61,691 bases of DNA from sequence record DRR723986_4096; one strand, given 5' to 3'. Within the stretch, counting starts at the first letter, position 1; each line of letters opens with the position of its first letter. Under the pieces are notes generated by a model. That model worked only from the letters and a program-made list of their open reading frames with translations. It was not told the origin of the DNA and did no database searches. A program made the translations under genes and the position numbers. Below are positions 1-10,367 of the stretch, piece by piece.

Positions 1-182
1 AAGCCAGTACGTATCGCATTGGCGACACCAGTTGGACCCAGGTCGCCGAGCGGATTCGTTCCGCAATCGATCCCGATGGTCTCTTTCTTGCCTTTTAGGC
101 GACGATCACTGGAATTCTTGCCCGTAACCCAGGTCCCGAACCGTGCAAAAACCGCTTCTACGGGCGTGAATCCTACCCTCAT
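1..182 (-). CDS. Possible 5' part of a gene running off the left edge (MRVGFTPVEAVFARFGTW...)
   Basis: ATG at 182 (minus) opens a frame with no stop to position 1 and is divergent from 388. No family recognised. Confidence 0.3.
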   Translation of the reverse strand, partial: MRVGFTPVEAVFARFGTWVTGKNSSDRRLKGKKETIGIDCGTNPLGDLGPTGVANAIRTG

Positions 183-387
183 GGGGTGTTTCGGCTTGAG
201 CTTAAGTGAGCAGCTCTTTTGGAGGAATAAAATCGCCGAAGGTGGAGGAAAATGGGCGGCGTTTGGGTAAACTCTTGAACACTAGCTAATTGTTTTTGCT
301 TGTCATTGGCCGTGTTTCTAGGCCGGCTAAGCCATCTGTTGGCATCCGGATAGCCCCACTCGATAGCCTATACCCCGAGGATTCACT

Positions 388-1833
388 ATGACGCGTCTAT
401 ATCAGCGACGCTTGCTTGCTGCCTTCGCTTGTATCGTCACTTGTTCCGCAATTGCGACCGCCCAGGAACCCAAACTGCCCGGATTGCTTGAGCGATCACC
501 TTCGCCTGCGAACACTGTTACCTACCTGAATATTCCAGCCCTCGCGAAGCTCATGTCAGCGGCTGAAATGAAGGGAACGTTGGCCGGTGGAATCAACGAA
601 GTGTGGGCGATCTCTGATCTCAACACTTCTACACTTCGTCCAAGCTGGGAAGCCGGCTATGCGACCCTCAAGGCCCCGGTCAATGGCGAGGCCCTAGCGT
701 CTGCGCTGGGTGGTTATGTCGACAAGATCGCTGGCAAAGAGGTTGTGTGGACGCCCCGTCAGAGTTATCTGGTTCCTTTGGAAGGCAATGCACTTGGGTT
801 CCTGCGGCCAGCAAATCGAACGCTCGCCGCAAGTTGGACTGACGAGAGCGGTGGTCAGTTGCCAGTTTCAGATTTTCTCGCTTCGCAGGCAAAGCGATCC
901 GAAGCGTATCTTTCATTCTTGCTGGCCGTCGAAGTGGAAAATACTTTTTCGCCAGTCCCACTGACACAGCGGCTTAAGTCGTTTAGTTCGCTCAAGGGGC
1001 AGAATGCTACGACCGTTGCGTCAACGCTCTCCAGCGCCGTTGGAGTTTCCATTATCGTTGGGCGCCGAAGCCTGTCGGAGTGCATTTTGGCAGTTGAGTT
1101 TCGTGAATCGCCAGAAGCTCTTGTTCCATTTGCTCCTGCTCTGCTGGCTGAGATCCTGAACTCCAACGGTACTGCGGCACCTGAGGTTGCATCGTGGAAG
1201 GCAAAAGCAGAGGGGAACACTCTGTCGCTTCAGGGGCAAATCTCAGAGGGATCACTTCAAGGTGTTTTGGGAATCCTGAGCCTGAAGGATCACGCAGATC
1301 GCGTGGCCGAGTCAGCTAGCAAGCCTCAAGAATCGCGCAGCGGCGAGAGCTTGGTCGCCTACAAGACCAAAGAATACTTTGATGATGTGAACAAGTTGAT
1401 TGATCGAGTGCGGAAGTACGAAGCTCAGTCAACTGGATATCGCGCAAAGTGGAATGACCAAAACGCGCGGCGGATCGAAGAACTCGGCACTCTGAACGTC
1501 GACCCCGAGATGGTTGACTATGGCCGAAACGTGGCCAGCATGCTGCGAGGCAACGCGACCGCGATCCGCAAGGGCAACGTGGCCGCTGGGCAGATTCAAG
1601 CTGGCCCGTCCTACGATTACAGCTACGGCGGATACGGCTATGGTGGCTACAACGGCTACTACAACGGATATGGTGGGCAGAATGCATATTCGCGTGCCCG
1701 TGACCAAGCTTCCGTTGGAGCACGGCAGCGTATGGGAGCCTTCGGTAGCTTCAAAGAAGCGTTGGCGGCCATCGATCAACTAACAGCGGACACTCGCATT
1801 AAGATGACCGACAAGTTCCAGATTCAATTCTAA
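388..1833 (+). CDS. Secreted hypothetical protein with a Gly/Tyr-rich segment near the C-terminus
   Basis: 481-aa ORF; GAGGA upstream; Sec-type signal peptide (..SAIATAQ); 'YDYSYGGYGYGGYNGYYNGYGG'. Confidence 0.85.
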   Translation: MTRLYQRRLLAAFACIVTCSAIATAQEPKLPGLLERSPSPANTVTYLNIPALAKLMSAAEMKGTLAGGINEVWAISDLNTSTLRPSWEAGYATLKAPVNGEALASALGGYVDKIAGKEVVWTPRQSYLVPLEGNALGFLRPANRTLAASWTDESGGQLPVSDFLASQAKRSEAYLSFLLAVEVENTFSPVPLTQRLKSFSSLKGQNATTVASTLSSAVGVSIIVGRRSLSECILAVEFRESPEALVPFAPALLAEILNSNGTAAPEVASWKAKAEGNTLSLQGQISEGSLQGVLGILSLKDHADRVAESASKPQESRSGESLVAYKTKEYFDDVNKLIDRVRKYEAQSTGYRAKWNDQNARRIEELGTLNVDPEMVDYGRNVASMLRGNATAIRKGNVAAGQIQAGPSYDYSYGGYGYGGYNGYYNGYGGQNAYSRARDQASVGARQRMGAFGSFKEALAAIDQLTADTRIKMTDKFQIQF

Positions 1834-1997
1834 GTTCAAAATCGCCTTACTCGCAACTCAGCAACCTGGTTGAGTTGTTCTGCGGCGTTCCAATTTTGAA
1901 AAGCGATAGCGAGTGCTGCTTCACCGTCGAAGTGCACTCGCTACTTTTATGTAAACATCTGCCACAACAAACGAAACTCCAGCAAAGAAACACTGAA

Positions 1998-2915
1998 ATG
2001 TTGCCTCGCATTGTTAGCCTCAGTCTAGTGCTTTCCGTGTTCGTTCATCCGGCGCTTGCGCGGACTTGGACTAGTAAGAACGGTCACTACAAACTTGATG
2101 CCGACCTAATCAGCCACAACGACAAGACTGTAGTCTTGAAGAAAAAGGAAGGGGCCTTGGTTGCCGTCGAATTGGCTGAGTTGTCCGACGAAGATCGAAA
2201 GTACTTGCAGCAAAATAAAACAAAGGAATACACTCGAAAGTCCGCTGACAAGATGCAGACCTGGACCGGCGCTGACGGCATGAAAGTTCAAGGTCGCGTA
2301 ATTGCCTTTGGTCGCAAAGAGCTCAAGCTACAGCGCAAGGGTGGAGACATCCTGGTGAACGATCGGGATTATGGAGAGATAGACCCGCTTCACCAGAAAC
2401 TGATTCTCAAAATCGTTTCCAAGCTAGAAGGAACAAAACTGGAAGACGAAAAGCAACTGACGGAGTGGGTTAAGAAGCTGCGAGGTGCACCCCGAGTTTA
2501 CACGCTCGAAGGCGTTATGCTTGAGTTAGAGGCAGGCGATCAAATCGGCGTGCCGTTTTTCTTGTTTTCCAAGCAAGACCTGGAGGTTCTCAAGCCAGGT
2601 TGGCAGAACTGGTTGCGCAGTGAAGATGATTCGAGTACCCGCGAGAATGAGAGCTTCCTTGTTCGGTCCGCCGCGATGGCCTACCAACAAGACCGCGCTG
2701 CAAAGCAGCAGGTTGAACTATTGAAGCTAAACTTGCTAGGCGCCGCTGCTGGAGTCACTGATATCTGGGAGGTCGGCCTTCGTCCCGGTCCACGAACGTA
2801 CGGTCGCCCAACGAGCGTTCTCGTTTCCGCTCCCAACAGTGCGCAGGCGACAAGAATCGCACTTGCCAAGAACCCAGGCTACACCGTCTATGGTGTCCGC
2901 CGCGCAAGCAGGTAG
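1998..2915 (+). CDS. SHD1 (SLA1 homology domain 1)-containing secreted protein
   Basis: ATG 1998 gives a signal peptide followed by 'ARTWTSKNGHYKLDADL...VVLKKKEG..V.VEL..LS.ED..Y', the SHD1 pattern. A second degenerate copy starts 'MQTWTGADGMKVQGRV'. Confidence 0.85.
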   Translation: MLPRIVSLSLVLSVFVHPALARTWTSKNGHYKLDADLISHNDKTVVLKKKEGALVAVELAELSDEDRKYLQQNKTKEYTRKSADKMQTWTGADGMKVQGRVIAFGRKELKLQRKGGDILVNDRDYGEIDPLHQKLILKIVSKLEGTKLEDEKQLTEWVKKLRGAPRVYTLEGVMLELEAGDQIGVPFFLFSKQDLEVLKPGWQNWLRSEDDSSTRENESFLVRSAAMAYQQDRAAKQQVELLKLNLLGAAAGVTDIWEVGLRPGPRTYGRPTSVLVSAPNSAQATRIALAKNPGYTVYGVRRASR

Positions 2916-2993
2916 TCCGGATCAAGGAGCCGGAACTGCGCTTTTGCTAAGTCCGGCCTACGGTGTGGCTGCTATGTTTGCTGCGTGGCCAGC

Positions 2994-2999
2994 TATAAT
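2994..2999 (+). promoter_or_regulatory. -10 box (TATAAT), 6 nt before ATG 3006; possible leaderless transcript
   Basis: gcTATAATgcccgcATG. Confidence 0.5.
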
Positions 3000-3005
3000 G
3001 CCCGC

Positions 3006-3733
3006 ATGAAGAAACTGCTTAGTACAGAGGAACTCGAGCATTCACCAGTGGTCGCAAGCTGTGCGATGAACCGGGAGCGTGTGCTGCTTGGCTCTGGCGG
3101 TATTAAGGAGAAATTGGATTCAATCCGCTCGAGTTTTTGGCCGAGCAATTGAAGTTTCAACGAGTTGTCCGTTGGTTGGATCTCTGCTGCGGTTCCGCAC
3201 GAGCAATCCACCAAGCGGCCAGGACGTTCGGCCAATCCACGCATCAGTCGCCCGAGAACTTCACTAGTGATAGCCTGCATATCACAGGCGTTGATCTGGT
3301 TGGCATGTTTTCCGTGAGCTCAGGCGACAATCTGGAATTGGTCGCGTGTTCAGTGCTGGACTTTCAGCCGCAAGAGTCGTTCGATTTGATCACCTGTGTC
3401 CACGGTCTTCACTACATCGGCGATAAGCTAATGGCGTTGCAGCTTGCTGCATCGTGGCTTCGTACTCGCGGGCGATTTGTTGCCAGTTTGGACACACGGA
3501 ATACTTGTCTGGATCGGCCCGGGCAAGGCAGTCGAAAGATCACGCGGTTGCTGCGCGACGCAGGGTTCGAATACGACGCGCGAAACAAACGAGTCTCCCG
3601 ATCCGGGCAGCTTTCTTGGGAGTGTCCACTGCAGTTTGTGGGAGCCGATGATTGCGCTGGTCCGAACTACACGAAACAACCCGTGGTGGACTCCGTTTAT
3701 CGCCTGCCCGATTCAGCTCGCACCATCGATTAA
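3006..3733 (+). pseudogene. Class I SAM-dependent methyltransferase split by a frameshift near 3095-3115 (pseudogene or sequence error)
   Basis: 3006-3152 encodes MKKLLSTEELEHSPVVASCAMNRERVLLGSGG. A different frame resumes GEIGFNPLEFL..WLDLCCGSARA (motif I), ITGVDLV, FDLITCVHGLHY to the stop at 3733. Confidence 0.7.
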
Positions 3734-6700
3734 TTGGACTCCGGTTGAGCGTTTTGATCGGTGCTGTCTCCGCGTTTCGCCAGCAGGTAATAGAAGACGG
3801 GCGTTAGGAAGATCCCGAAGAAGGTCACGCCCAGCATGCCCGAGAATACAGCGATTCCGAGCGGGCGACGCATCTCTGCACCAGCTCCGCTGGCCAAAGC
3901 CAACGGCACGACGCCGAGGATGAATGCGAGGGACGTCATCATGATCGGTCGCAGTCGTAGGCGGCAGGCCTGAATCGTTGCGTCGAACTTACTCTGGCCC
4001 TGCTCCTGCTGCTCTTTGGCGAACTCCACAATCAGAATCGCGTTCTTACTTGCCAAGCCGACGAGTACAACGAATCCGATCTGTACGAAAATGTTGATGT
4101 CCAGTTGTGTAATGGCGATTCCAATAACGCTGGACAGCAAGCACATCGGTACAACCAGGACGACCGCGAATGGAAGCCGAACGCTTTCGTATTGTGCGGC
4201 CAAGACGAGAATGACAAGGACAACGGCAATTGCAAAGACAATCAATGCGGTATTGCCAGCTTGGATTTGCAGGAATGTGAGCTCGGTCCACATGGCATCC
4301 ATTCCGTCGGGCAGTTCGCGGTCGACGACTGAGTTGATTGTCTTCACAACCGCGCCTGAGCTCATGCCCGGTGCTGAGATTCCGTTGATTGCCGCTGCGT
4401 TGATGCCGTTGTAGCGCGAAACCATGGCGGGTCCGCTATTCTCGGTGACGGTGACCACAGCACCCAGTGGAACCAGAGCCCCCGTGTTGGATTTGACTCG
4501 AAGCTGTGCAATTTGATCTGCTTGAAGTCGAAATTCAGGATCGGCCTGGATATTGACCTGCCACGTTCGGCCAAACTGGTTAAAGTCGTTTGCGTAGGAT
4601 CCACCCAAGTAGATTTGAAGTGCGGAGAAGACCTCTTGGAGTGAAACGCCCATGGCCTTACATTTCGTTCGGTCTACATCGACATACATCTGTGGAGTGT
4701 TGGCGCGAAAGCCGTTGAACATCCCCAGAATGCCGGGCTCGGTCATGCCCGCTGCGGAAAAGCTGTCAGCGTTCTGTTGCAGGCTGTCGAGGCCATAGGA
4801 TGCGACATCGCGGACCATGATTTTGAAGCCACCTCCACTGCCCAATCCATCGACGGGCGGAGGACCAAAGACCGAGACTGACGCATCGAAGATTTCTTCT
4901 TGAGCCAGTTTGCGGAGCTTGGCGGATATGATTGCGGCGGACTCTTCAATCGAGGTTCGATGATGGAACTCGTCCAGAATGACGAAAACACTTCCAAAGT
5001 TGGAGCCAATTGCGGACTGTACGAACGATTGTCCAGTAACACTCACGGAGTGCCCCACGCCGGGGATGCCACCGTGGTCGGAGTGCTCGCCTGCGTGATC
5101 AACCGCCGCATGTTCACCAGCGAGGTGCGAATTATTCGGGTTCGCTGTTGCGTTGTCAGTGCTTGATTTCTCGCCAATGAGAATTGCATCAAGTTTTTGC
5201 ATGACTTGGCTAGTGCGTTCAAGCGATGCGGAATCCGGCAGTCGCACGTCGACAAGAAGGTAGCCTTTGTCTTGGTTGGGGATAAACCCGGTCGGCACGG
5301 TCGTCATGCTGTAGTAAGTCAGCCAGAGCATTCCGCCGTAGACTGCGAGAACGACGAAGCTAAGCCGTAGGAGCCACCCCGCAGAGAAGGCGTAGGCGTC
5401 CGAGGCGGCTTTGAACCCGCGGTTGAACAGGGAGAAGAACCAGCCAAACAAGAGATTGATAAGCTTGGTGAGTGGGTCGGTTTGTTCCTTCTTTGGCTTC
5501 AGCAGCAATGCTGCGAGCGCGGGGCTTAGCGTCAGGGAGTTAACGGCAGAGAAGAACGTAGAGACAGCGATCGTGACCGCAAACTGTCGAAAGAACTGAC
5601 CAGTGATTCCGGTGATAAAGATACACGGAATAAACACGCACATCAGTACCAGCGAGATCGCGATAATGGGCCCGGAAACTTCCGACATAGCCTCTCGCGA
5701 AGCATCACGTGGTGAGCTGCCGTGTTCAAGTTTGTGTTCTACCGCCTCAACAACGACAATAGCGTCGTCGACCACGATGCCGATGGCCAGGACCAGGCCG
5801 AACAAAGAAAGGTTGTTGATACTGTAACCTAGCCCGGCCATCACGGCGAAGGTTCCGATGATCGCAACCGGCACTGCAACCAGCGGAATGATGGCGGCTC
5901 GCCAGGATTGTAGGAACACGAGGACGACGATCGCAACCAGGATGATTGCATCGCGAAGCGCCTTGAAGACTTCCGCGATCGACTCGCTGATGAAAGGGGT
6001 TGTGTCGTAAACGATGCTGTAGTCGACGCCTTCGGGGAAGGTTAGCTTCAGTTCCTCCATCCGTGCCTTAACTCGGTCAGCCGTGTCGAGGGCGTTTGAT
6101 CCTGGAAGCTGGTAAATAGCGATTCCAACCGAGGGCGAGCCGTCGAGATGGCAGGCTGTATCGGAGTTCTTTGCTCCAAGAGCGATTCCGCCAAACTCAG
6201 TGCCGTCGCTGGCTGTTCGCCGCTCGGTAACGACATTCTTAAGCCGGACAACTCGTCCATCTCCCGATTGTTTGACGACGATCTCGCCAAACTCCGATGG
6301 ATCAATCAGTCGCCCCTTTGTAGTCAGTGTGTACTGGAATGCTTCGCCAGCGGGTACTGGCGGTCGTCCAAGCGCGCCTGCCGCGACTTGCACGTTCTGT
6401 TCTCGCAGCGCACTGAGCACTTCGGTGGAGCTGAGCCCCAGGGCGGCCATGTGGTCTGGGTCCAACCAAACTCGCATGCTGTAATCGCGCTGTCCCAGGA
6501 AGGCGACATCGCCGACGCCTTTGATGCGAGCCAGTTCGTCGCGGAGGCGGATGGTTGAGAAGTTGCTCAAGTAGAGTTGGTCTCGAGATTCGTCGGGCGA
6601 AATAAGGTTGATTACCAGCAAGATACTCGGCGATCGCTTCTTCACCGATACGCCGGTTTGTTTCACCTCGCTGGGAAGAGTGGGTAAGGCGAGGTTGACG

Positions 6701-7032
6701 CGGTTTTGAACCATGACCTGCGCCATGTCCAGGTCGGTGCCAAGGTCGAATGTCACGGTCAGGTTATAACCACCATCGTTGGTTGACTGGCTGGACATGT
6801 AGAGCATGTTCTCTACGCCAGTGACCTGCTGTTCGATGTTGGCAGCGACGGTTTCTGAAACCACAACGCTGTCAGCCCCTGGGTAGAAACAGGAGACTTG
6901 AACGGCTGGTGGGGCAATCTCTGGATACTGAGCAATCGGCAGCGATGTAACGAAAATTCCGCCGGTCAGCGTGATCAGGATGGAGATAACACCAGCAAAA
7001 ATCGGACGGTCGATAAAGAAGTGGGAAATCAC
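3730..7032 (-). CDS. Multidrug efflux RND transporter permease subunit (HAE1, AcrB/MexF-like)
   Basis: 'SHFFIDRPIFAGVISI', 'LPIAQYPEIAPP', 'GIVVDDAIVVVE', 'KNAILIVEFA', 'RLRPIMMTS'. Likely GTG start at 7032 (ORF open from 7044). Confidence 0.97.
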   Translation of the reverse strand: MISHFFIDRPIFAGVISILITLTGGIFVTSLPIAQYPEIAPPAVQVSCFYPGADSVVVSETVAANIEQQVTGVENMLYMSSQSTNDGGYNLTVTFDLGTDLDMAQVMVQNRVNLALPTLPSEVKQTGVSVKKRSPSILLVINLISPDESRDQLYLSNFSTIRLRDELARIKGVGDVAFLGQRDYSMRVWLDPDHMAALGLSSTEVLSALREQNVQVAAGALGRPPVPAGEAFQYTLTTKGRLIDPSEFGEIVVKQSGDGRVVRLKNVVTERRTASDGTEFGGIALGAKNSDTACHLDGSPSVGIAIYQLPGSNALDTADRVKARMEELKLTFPEGVDYSIVYDTTPFISESIAEVFKALRDAIILVAIVVLVFLQSWRAAIIPLVAVPVAIIGTFAVMAGLGYSINNLSLFGLVLAIGIVVDDAIVVVEAVEHKLEHGSSPRDASREAMSEVSGPIIAISLVLMCVFIPCIFITGITGQFFRQFAVTIAVSTFFSAVNSLTLSPALAALLLKPKKEQTDPLTKLINLLFGWFFSLFNRGFKAASDAYAFSAGWLLRLSFVVLAVYGGMLWLTYYSMTTVPTGFIPNQDKGYLLVDVRLPDSASLERTSQVMQKLDAILIGEKSSTDNATANPNNSHLAGEHAAVDHAGEHSDHGGIPGVGHSVSVTGQSFVQSAIGSNFGSVFVILDEFHHRTSIEESAAIISAKLRKLAQEEIFDASVSVFGPPPVDGLGSGGGFKIMVRDVASYGLDSLQQNADSFSAAGMTEPGILGMFNGFRANTPQMYVDVDRTKCKAMGVSLQEVFSALQIYLGGSYANDFNQFGRTWQVNIQADPEFRLQADQIAQLRVKSNTGALVPLGAVVTVTENSGPAMVSRYNGINAAAINGISAPGMSSGAVVKTINSVVDRELPDGMDAMWTELTFLQIQAGNTALIVFAIAVVLVILVLAAQYESVRLPFAVVLVVPMCLLSSVIGIAITQLDINIFVQIGFVVLVGLASKNAILIVEFAKEQQEQGQSKFDATIQACRLRLRPIMMTSLAFILGVVPLALASGAGAEMRRPLGIAVFSGMLGVTFFGIFLTPVFYYLLAKRGDSTDQNAQPESN

Positions 7033-7246
7033 GTCAGCGAACACTCGTATGAAAGGATGGGGCTGCTGGCTCGGTCTGTGTCTTAACGCCCAAGTGGTTC
7101 GACGCTTGGGCGGTGCTGGGTCGGTATTGGACTGTTGTCGACGCGGTCACTTGCGGGGGTAGCCAGCGAGAGAGCGTGTCGTGAGTGCTTCCCGCTTGTC
7201 AGCATAAAGGGTATGCCCGTTGCAAGGTCGAATTCGGCAACCAGGC

Positions 7247-8536
7247 CTATTCCGGTGTGTCCGTTGCTGGGGGCTCAGCCGCGGGCGTTTCTGAAGCTTC
7301 TGGTTGATTGCTTTGTGGTGGAGGGCCTTCGATGGCTTCCAGTGTTGGCTTGACGGTGACGCCAGAGCGTACGCGTTGCAGGCCTTTGTAAACCACTTGC
7401 TCGCCCGCCTTGATGCCGGACTTTACGGACCGAAAGCTGCCGATGCGGCTGCCAACTTCGATCCCGCGCCGCTCGACCTTGTTATCGGCCCCAACGACAT
7501 AAGCGATGCGATCTGCTTGGTCCATTGCAATGCACTGCTCTGGAATGAGAACGCCGGCAAACGGATCACCTTTCGGAATCCGAACGCGAACGAACAAGCC
7601 ACCTTGCAAGAGGTTGTCTTGGTTGGCGAAAACGCCGCGAATGCGAATTGTGCCCGTCGCCGCATCGACGCGATTCTCGGCAAAATCCAAGACGCCCCCG
7701 TGAGGGAAGTCCTCTTCGTCCTGTAACTGGAGGAAGCACGGGATTGCCAAATCTTTCAGAGAGCCCGAAGCGTCATTGCGACCCTCGCGCCGAACGCGCC
7801 GCTTGTATTCAAGCACAGATTGTTCGTCGACATCGATATACGCATACATCGGAGAATCATTAACAATCCGAGTTAGCAAAGTCCCTTTGCCAAGGCCGCC
7901 AGAGACCATGTTCCCCGGTGTAATGTAAGCGCGGTCAACTCGTCCGCTGATCGGAGCCACGACGGTGGTGTATTTGACGTCTAGAGCGGTACGCAACGTG
8001 GCCGCCTCAGCAGCAGCGATTTGACTTTCAGCTTCCCGCACTGCCGCGATGCTCTCTTCAAACTCGCTTTGCGAGATAGCATCCGTTTTTCGCAGTTCTT
8101 CGAATCGGTTCTTCGTGGCTTCTGCCAGCGTCAGTTTGGCTTTCCAGAGATCCACGTTCGCCAGAGCTTGGGCGTGAATGGCTTCGTACTCGTCCGCTTC
8201 GATGGTCGCCAGCGTGTCGCCTTTGTTAATAAGCTGCCCATCGTCAAAGTCGACTGTCCGCAGGTAGCCCGACACACGAGCGGTTACATCGACGGATTCA
8301 TTGGCTTCAGTTCGGCCGACGAACTCGTCGAAATCCGTAATCTGCTGACCAATGGCTTCGACACAAATCACCGCCGGAGGCTCTTTGGCCGGATTGTTGG
8401 CAGTCGAGGAACTTGAGCATCCGCTGGCAACAAGCGTTCCTGTTAGGCAGATACCTGCCAACAGTGCGCGCGACCGCGCGACGGGGGCTGATAACACGAT
8501 TGTGCTCCAGGGCAAAGTGGAGGGACGGGGCGACAT
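7247..8536 (-). CDS. RND efflux periplasmic adaptor (membrane fusion protein), lipoprotein
   Basis: Lipobox LVASGC; 'VDVTARVSGYL', 'VVAPISGRV', 'VDAATGTIRIRG'; directly upstream of the RND gene. Start at ATG 8536 is inferred (ORF open from 8665). Confidence 0.93.
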   Translation of the reverse strand: MSPRPSTLPWSTIVLSAPVARSRALLAGICLTGTLVASGCSSSSTANNPAKEPPAVICVEAIGQQITDFDEFVGRTEANESVDVTARVSGYLRTVDFDDGQLINKGDTLATIEADEYEAIHAQALANVDLWKAKLTLAEATKNRFEELRKTDAISQSEFEESIAAVREAESQIAAAEAATLRTALDVKYTTVVAPISGRVDRAYITPGNMVSGGLGKGTLLTRIVNDSPMYAYIDVDEQSVLEYKRRVRREGRNDASGSLKDLAIPCFLQLQDEEDFPHGGVLDFAENRVDAATGTIRIRGVFANQDNLLQGGLFVRVRIPKGDPFAGVLIPEQCIAMDQADRIAYVVGADNKVERRGIEVGSRIGSFRSVKSGIKAGEQVVYKGLQRVRSGVTVKPTLEAIEGPPPQSNQPEASETPAAEPPATDTPE

Positions 8537-8674
8537 AGCCTTAGCTGGGCGGTAACGGTTAGCCGCCGCTAGGCTGTCAAAAAGCTTCGCTAGCTCATGT
8601 AGGATACTACTCATACCCACAAGTGCTAGTGAGTTTCGCAAGATAGTTGAAACTCCCCCCCCCACCCACGCTCT

Positions 8675-9778
8675 CTAGCGTAGGGCCATCGCGCAGCATT
8701 CGCTTCGATTGTTGCCCAGTTGGCGTATGCGGACGTTTGAAAAGCCCCAAGATCGGATTCGGGCTTCATGTTGTGGCAGCGAGTTGGCTAGATCGTAGTC
8801 GGATAGTTTCAGCGTAAGTAGCAGCCCCTCGAAGCGGCTGGTTTCGTAGGTGACGATGTCCTCTACGGCCTCGAGTGTGTAGTTTGGAGCCACGTTGGCG
8901 TCGCACATGAGCCACTTGAAATTGCGAAACAGTCGGCGTTTGACGCCCGATGACTTGCTTCGCCAGTGTTCGAATCTAGCGTGCTGCAGCACCATTGGGT
9001 GCATTTCGGCTGGATCAATCCCGGTTACTTTCAATCCCAGGTCGAGCAGGCGTTGGGCCGCTCCGCCGGGAGAGCTGCCTATTTCGACGCACGCATCGCC
9101 TGGCGAAATCGGCAACTGACTCCAGATCAGGGCCTCTGCCATCTTAAGGTAGGCACGGCTCACAACTTCCGATGGTCGCGGTACGTTCGGGACGCCGCCG
9201 GGATACCGCTCAAACTCTTCGCTGGCGGTATGTTGGCCAATTAGCCAGCGGTTTGGGTCAATCATCGCAATGTCAAGGACTTCGTCACCAAGTTCGGCGG
9301 TTCGGTTTGGCGATGGAAATGTTGGAATCTCGCTGCGTTTGATTTGTTCGGCGATGGCGGTGGCCAGTTCGCTTTCGCCGGGCTGAAAACCACGATAGCC
9401 CGGTAGGTGAGTGTCGCGTTGAAAGACGTGAAGTGCCGACCACTCCCGCGAAGTGTCGTCAGAAGTGCTGGTCGGGAGTTTTTCGGCCAACAATTGCTGG
9501 GCCGCTTGGATCAGCTCCCCAGAGCTTTCACCGCTAATCTGCCCAATTGCCTTGCCGCACAGCCGCACAGCCCAGTGTCGTCGCACTTCGGCCAGGGCGT
9601 TGTTTACCACTTCGGCCAGCTTCTCTGGCTCAGGGCACGGCAGCTTGAATGTCAGCAGGCCAGGTCTCGAAAAGGCTAGACGCAGCGGGCTTGAGGGGGA
9701 GGCTAAGTCTGCCTTGATGCAGTTTTCCGTGCCCTGTTGGCAAATGGCGAAAAGAAATGCGGCGTCGGTTTGAGTCAA
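8675..9778 (-). CDS. RlmM-like (FtsJ family) 23S rRNA 2'-O-methyltransferase
   Basis: 'VSRAYLKMAEAL', 'EIGSSPGG', 'VTGIDPA', 'WLMCDAN', 'LLTLKL'. Start uncertain (TTG 9778 or ATG 9889). Confidence 0.8.
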   Translation of the reverse strand: MTQTDAAFLFAICQQGTENCIKADLASPSSPLRLAFSRPGLLTFKLPCPEPEKLAEVVNNALAEVRRHWAVRLCGKAIGQISGESSGELIQAAQQLLAEKLPTSTSDDTSREWSALHVFQRDTHLPGYRGFQPGESELATAIAEQIKRSEIPTFPSPNRTAELGDEVLDIAMIDPNRWLIGQHTASEEFERYPGGVPNVPRPSEVVSRAYLKMAEALIWSQLPISPGDACVEIGSSPGGAAQRLLDLGLKVTGIDPAEMHPMVLQHARFEHWRSKSSGVKRRLFRNFKWLMCDANVAPNYTLEAVEDIVTYETSRFEGLLLTLKLSDYDLANSLPQHEARIRSWGFSNVRIRQLGNNRSECCAMALR

Positions 9779-10145
9779 TGTATTGCTGCTGAAAAAGTAG
9801 TTGTGGGTGGGGCGTAGAGCGATTGCCCGCAGGTTGAGTGATCGTCGGATCCAGTCGTCGGCGTCAGTTTTGGCGGCCGACGCTGGCATTTCGGTGTGGA
9901 GTGATTGGGAAAAGATTCCTGGACGAATCCCGCTGCCACATCTATAAATGTAGGCTTGACTAGCGAAAGCGCGGAATCCGCCCTGGAGACACCCCACATG
10001 GTGGCTCAACAAAATCGGAATTCGATGCCCGGCACTTAAAAATGTGCTCAGGTCGCTCGGTCAACGAGTTTTAGAGTCGATGTCGCGTGGCAAGCGGCGG
10101 GAGAATAAGTTTAGTCGCTCTGCGATTGGCAGCACAGGAACACAG

Positions 10146-10367
10146 ATGGCAAAAAAAGAAGAAGCTTTTGAGGTCGAGGGTACTGTTACCCAAGCTCTCG
10201 CAAACACACGTTTTAAGGTTCAGTTAGAGACTGGATCAGAAGTACTGGCCCACGTGGCCGGACGCATGCGGAAGAATTTCATTCGTATCGTGCCAGGTGA
10301 CAAGGTACGCGTCGAGCTTTCGCCCTATGACCTGACCAAGGGGCGGATCACGTTCCGCGAGCGGTAG
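10146..10367 (+). CDS. infA: Translation initiation factor IF-1
   Basis: [27 protein letters not shown]...[40 protein letters not shown] upstream. Confidence 0.99.
   Translation: MAKKEEAFEVEGTVTQALANTRFKVQLETGSEVLAHVAGRMRKNFIRIVPGDKVRVELSPYDLTKGRITFRER

Noticed and set aside
10044-10145. N-terminal extension of IF-1 in the ORF track
   Set aside because: The canonical MAKKEE start at 10146 has its own RBS.
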